Origin: Bispira polyomma
Lineage: Eukaryota
Length of the DNA: 64,000 nucleotides
Reading direction: 5' to 3'
Assembly: GCA_965649765.1 (NCBI GenBank)
Contig: OZ287752.1
Coordinates: forward strand, 24,242,001-24,306,000
How positions within the stretch are numbered: the stretch's first letter is position 1; each line of letters opens with the position of its first letter. Under the pieces are notes generated by a model. It made no database searches and was not told the origin of the DNA. It saw nothing but the letters and a program-made list of their open reading frames with translations. The position numbers and the translations under genes were made by a program. Of this stretch, positions 62,901 to 64,000 are shown piece after piece.

Positions 62901-64000
62901 TGCATGGCTGAATCATGATTTTTAATGACATCATTCAATTTGAAACCTTTCTTTTGTATACATAAAGGAAATCCAAACTCTAGATATTCTGTCAACAATA
63001 TGGCCGAGCCTTGGCACATTAAATTTCTCCAAGCTGGGATATTCAATTCTGATGGTACTGGGAGCCGTGCTCCCAAATAGTTGGGGCCACCAACTTTGTT
63101 TACCATATTACTTGCTAAAACAGCCCATTGTTCAATTGTTTTATAATGGATTCTGTTTCTGCCTTGGGGTATGCTGTATACCGGCTTGTAAATGCACATA
63201 AACCAAAATTGTCCTTAGTTTTGTTAAATTATGTTTCCCGCTTTACACATTTGTCATTTATAGGTTTTGAAAGGGGGCTGCCCTGAATGTCAGATTGGCT
63301 GATAGAAGGAGAGTGATTTTTCACCAGAGACTGTGGTGACACAGAACATTTAGCAATATCCCCCCTTTGAGGGGGAGGAGAAGAGACTTGCTGGTTTTTG
63401 TGACATACTTCTTGGACACTAACTTGTTTACATTGAGGTTTTATTTCAAATATGTTGGATTCAAATGCAAGGGCTGTGGAGGGCGGGTTTTTTTGTTTTT
63501 TCACACACACACATCCTTAGCAACTTTCTCTTTAACTTTCTTAAATGTTACATTTTCTGTTTTATGAAACGCCTCCAGCCAAGCAGTGTTCCAAAAAGAC
63601 CTAGTCTTAACAGTTTTTAATGCTTTTGGGGCTTGCTGGAGGCCTTTCCCGTTTCCCTGGCCCTTGCAATTGATTTCCCTGTGAGCATTAAACTTACTAG
63701 TGAGACCAAAACATTTGGCACAACCATGTTTTAAAATCATGCCAGCGAACCCATGGTCAACCGACTGGGTGCAAGTACCTTTATTGTAACCAGTACAGGG
63801 TACAGTTTTGCTTTTACTCAAACTTTTTGTTGTTGTGGAAGTGGTTTTTTCATAATCACGAATATTTTCTTTGATAGTGCGCTGAGTCAAGCGAGCTCTA
63901 ATCTCATGTACAGATCTCATGTCATGCCAATTAACTTTTCCCTTTCCCTGTTCAAGTAATAATTCGCAAAGTGCACTTTTGGCCGTATACCATGAGGTTT
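59909..64000 (-). mobile_element. Ngaro-like YR retrotransposon N4, degenerate, runs off the window end
   Basis: gag zinc finger 63920-63501, RT (LEFGFPL, KIDLSGAFRNL), RNase H (VDASLTGVGA, WCDN), YR 61468-60525 (FRLSN, HAFRRSGA, HGGWRS..VWAY). Confidence 0.9.

Overview
AT-rich, intron-containing animal (invertebrate-type) DNA; species cannot be named from the sequence. The backbone is a head-to-tail (+ strand) tandem array of paralogous 11-exon type I membrane receptor genes: signal peptide, V-like Ig, four further Ig domains, FN3, a degenerate FN3-like domain, TM and a tyrosine-motif tail (nephrin/Sidestep-like architecture). Gene A (1834-17583) is open through exon 6 but broken from exon 7 on. 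Gene B (21316-28083) is intact, ~828 aa, and looks like an unequal-crossover chimera. Gene C has its leader+V exons at 30.8-31.6 kb and intact exons 3-11 at 49.3-54.3 kb, with a dead promoter/leader cassette (own V exon deleted) between them. Gene D (leader+V at 58.5-59.1 kb) presumably continues beyond the window. The V domains vary on the predicted GFCC'C'' face and are conserved elsewhere, and all live leaders have a GGAAGT (ETS-type) motif upstream, suggesting a rapidly evolving immune/allorecognition receptor cluster. Introns are packed with degraded elements: five Ngaro-like tyrosine-recombinase (YR) retrotransposon copies or fragments, a 3'-truncated Gypsy, L2 LINE pieces, a Harbinger remnant, MITEs and a SINE head. 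All four larger YR elements carry a phase-1 splice acceptor between the RT/RNase H stop and the YR frame, predicting a spliced Gag-YR fusion. All alignments and counts were done by eye.
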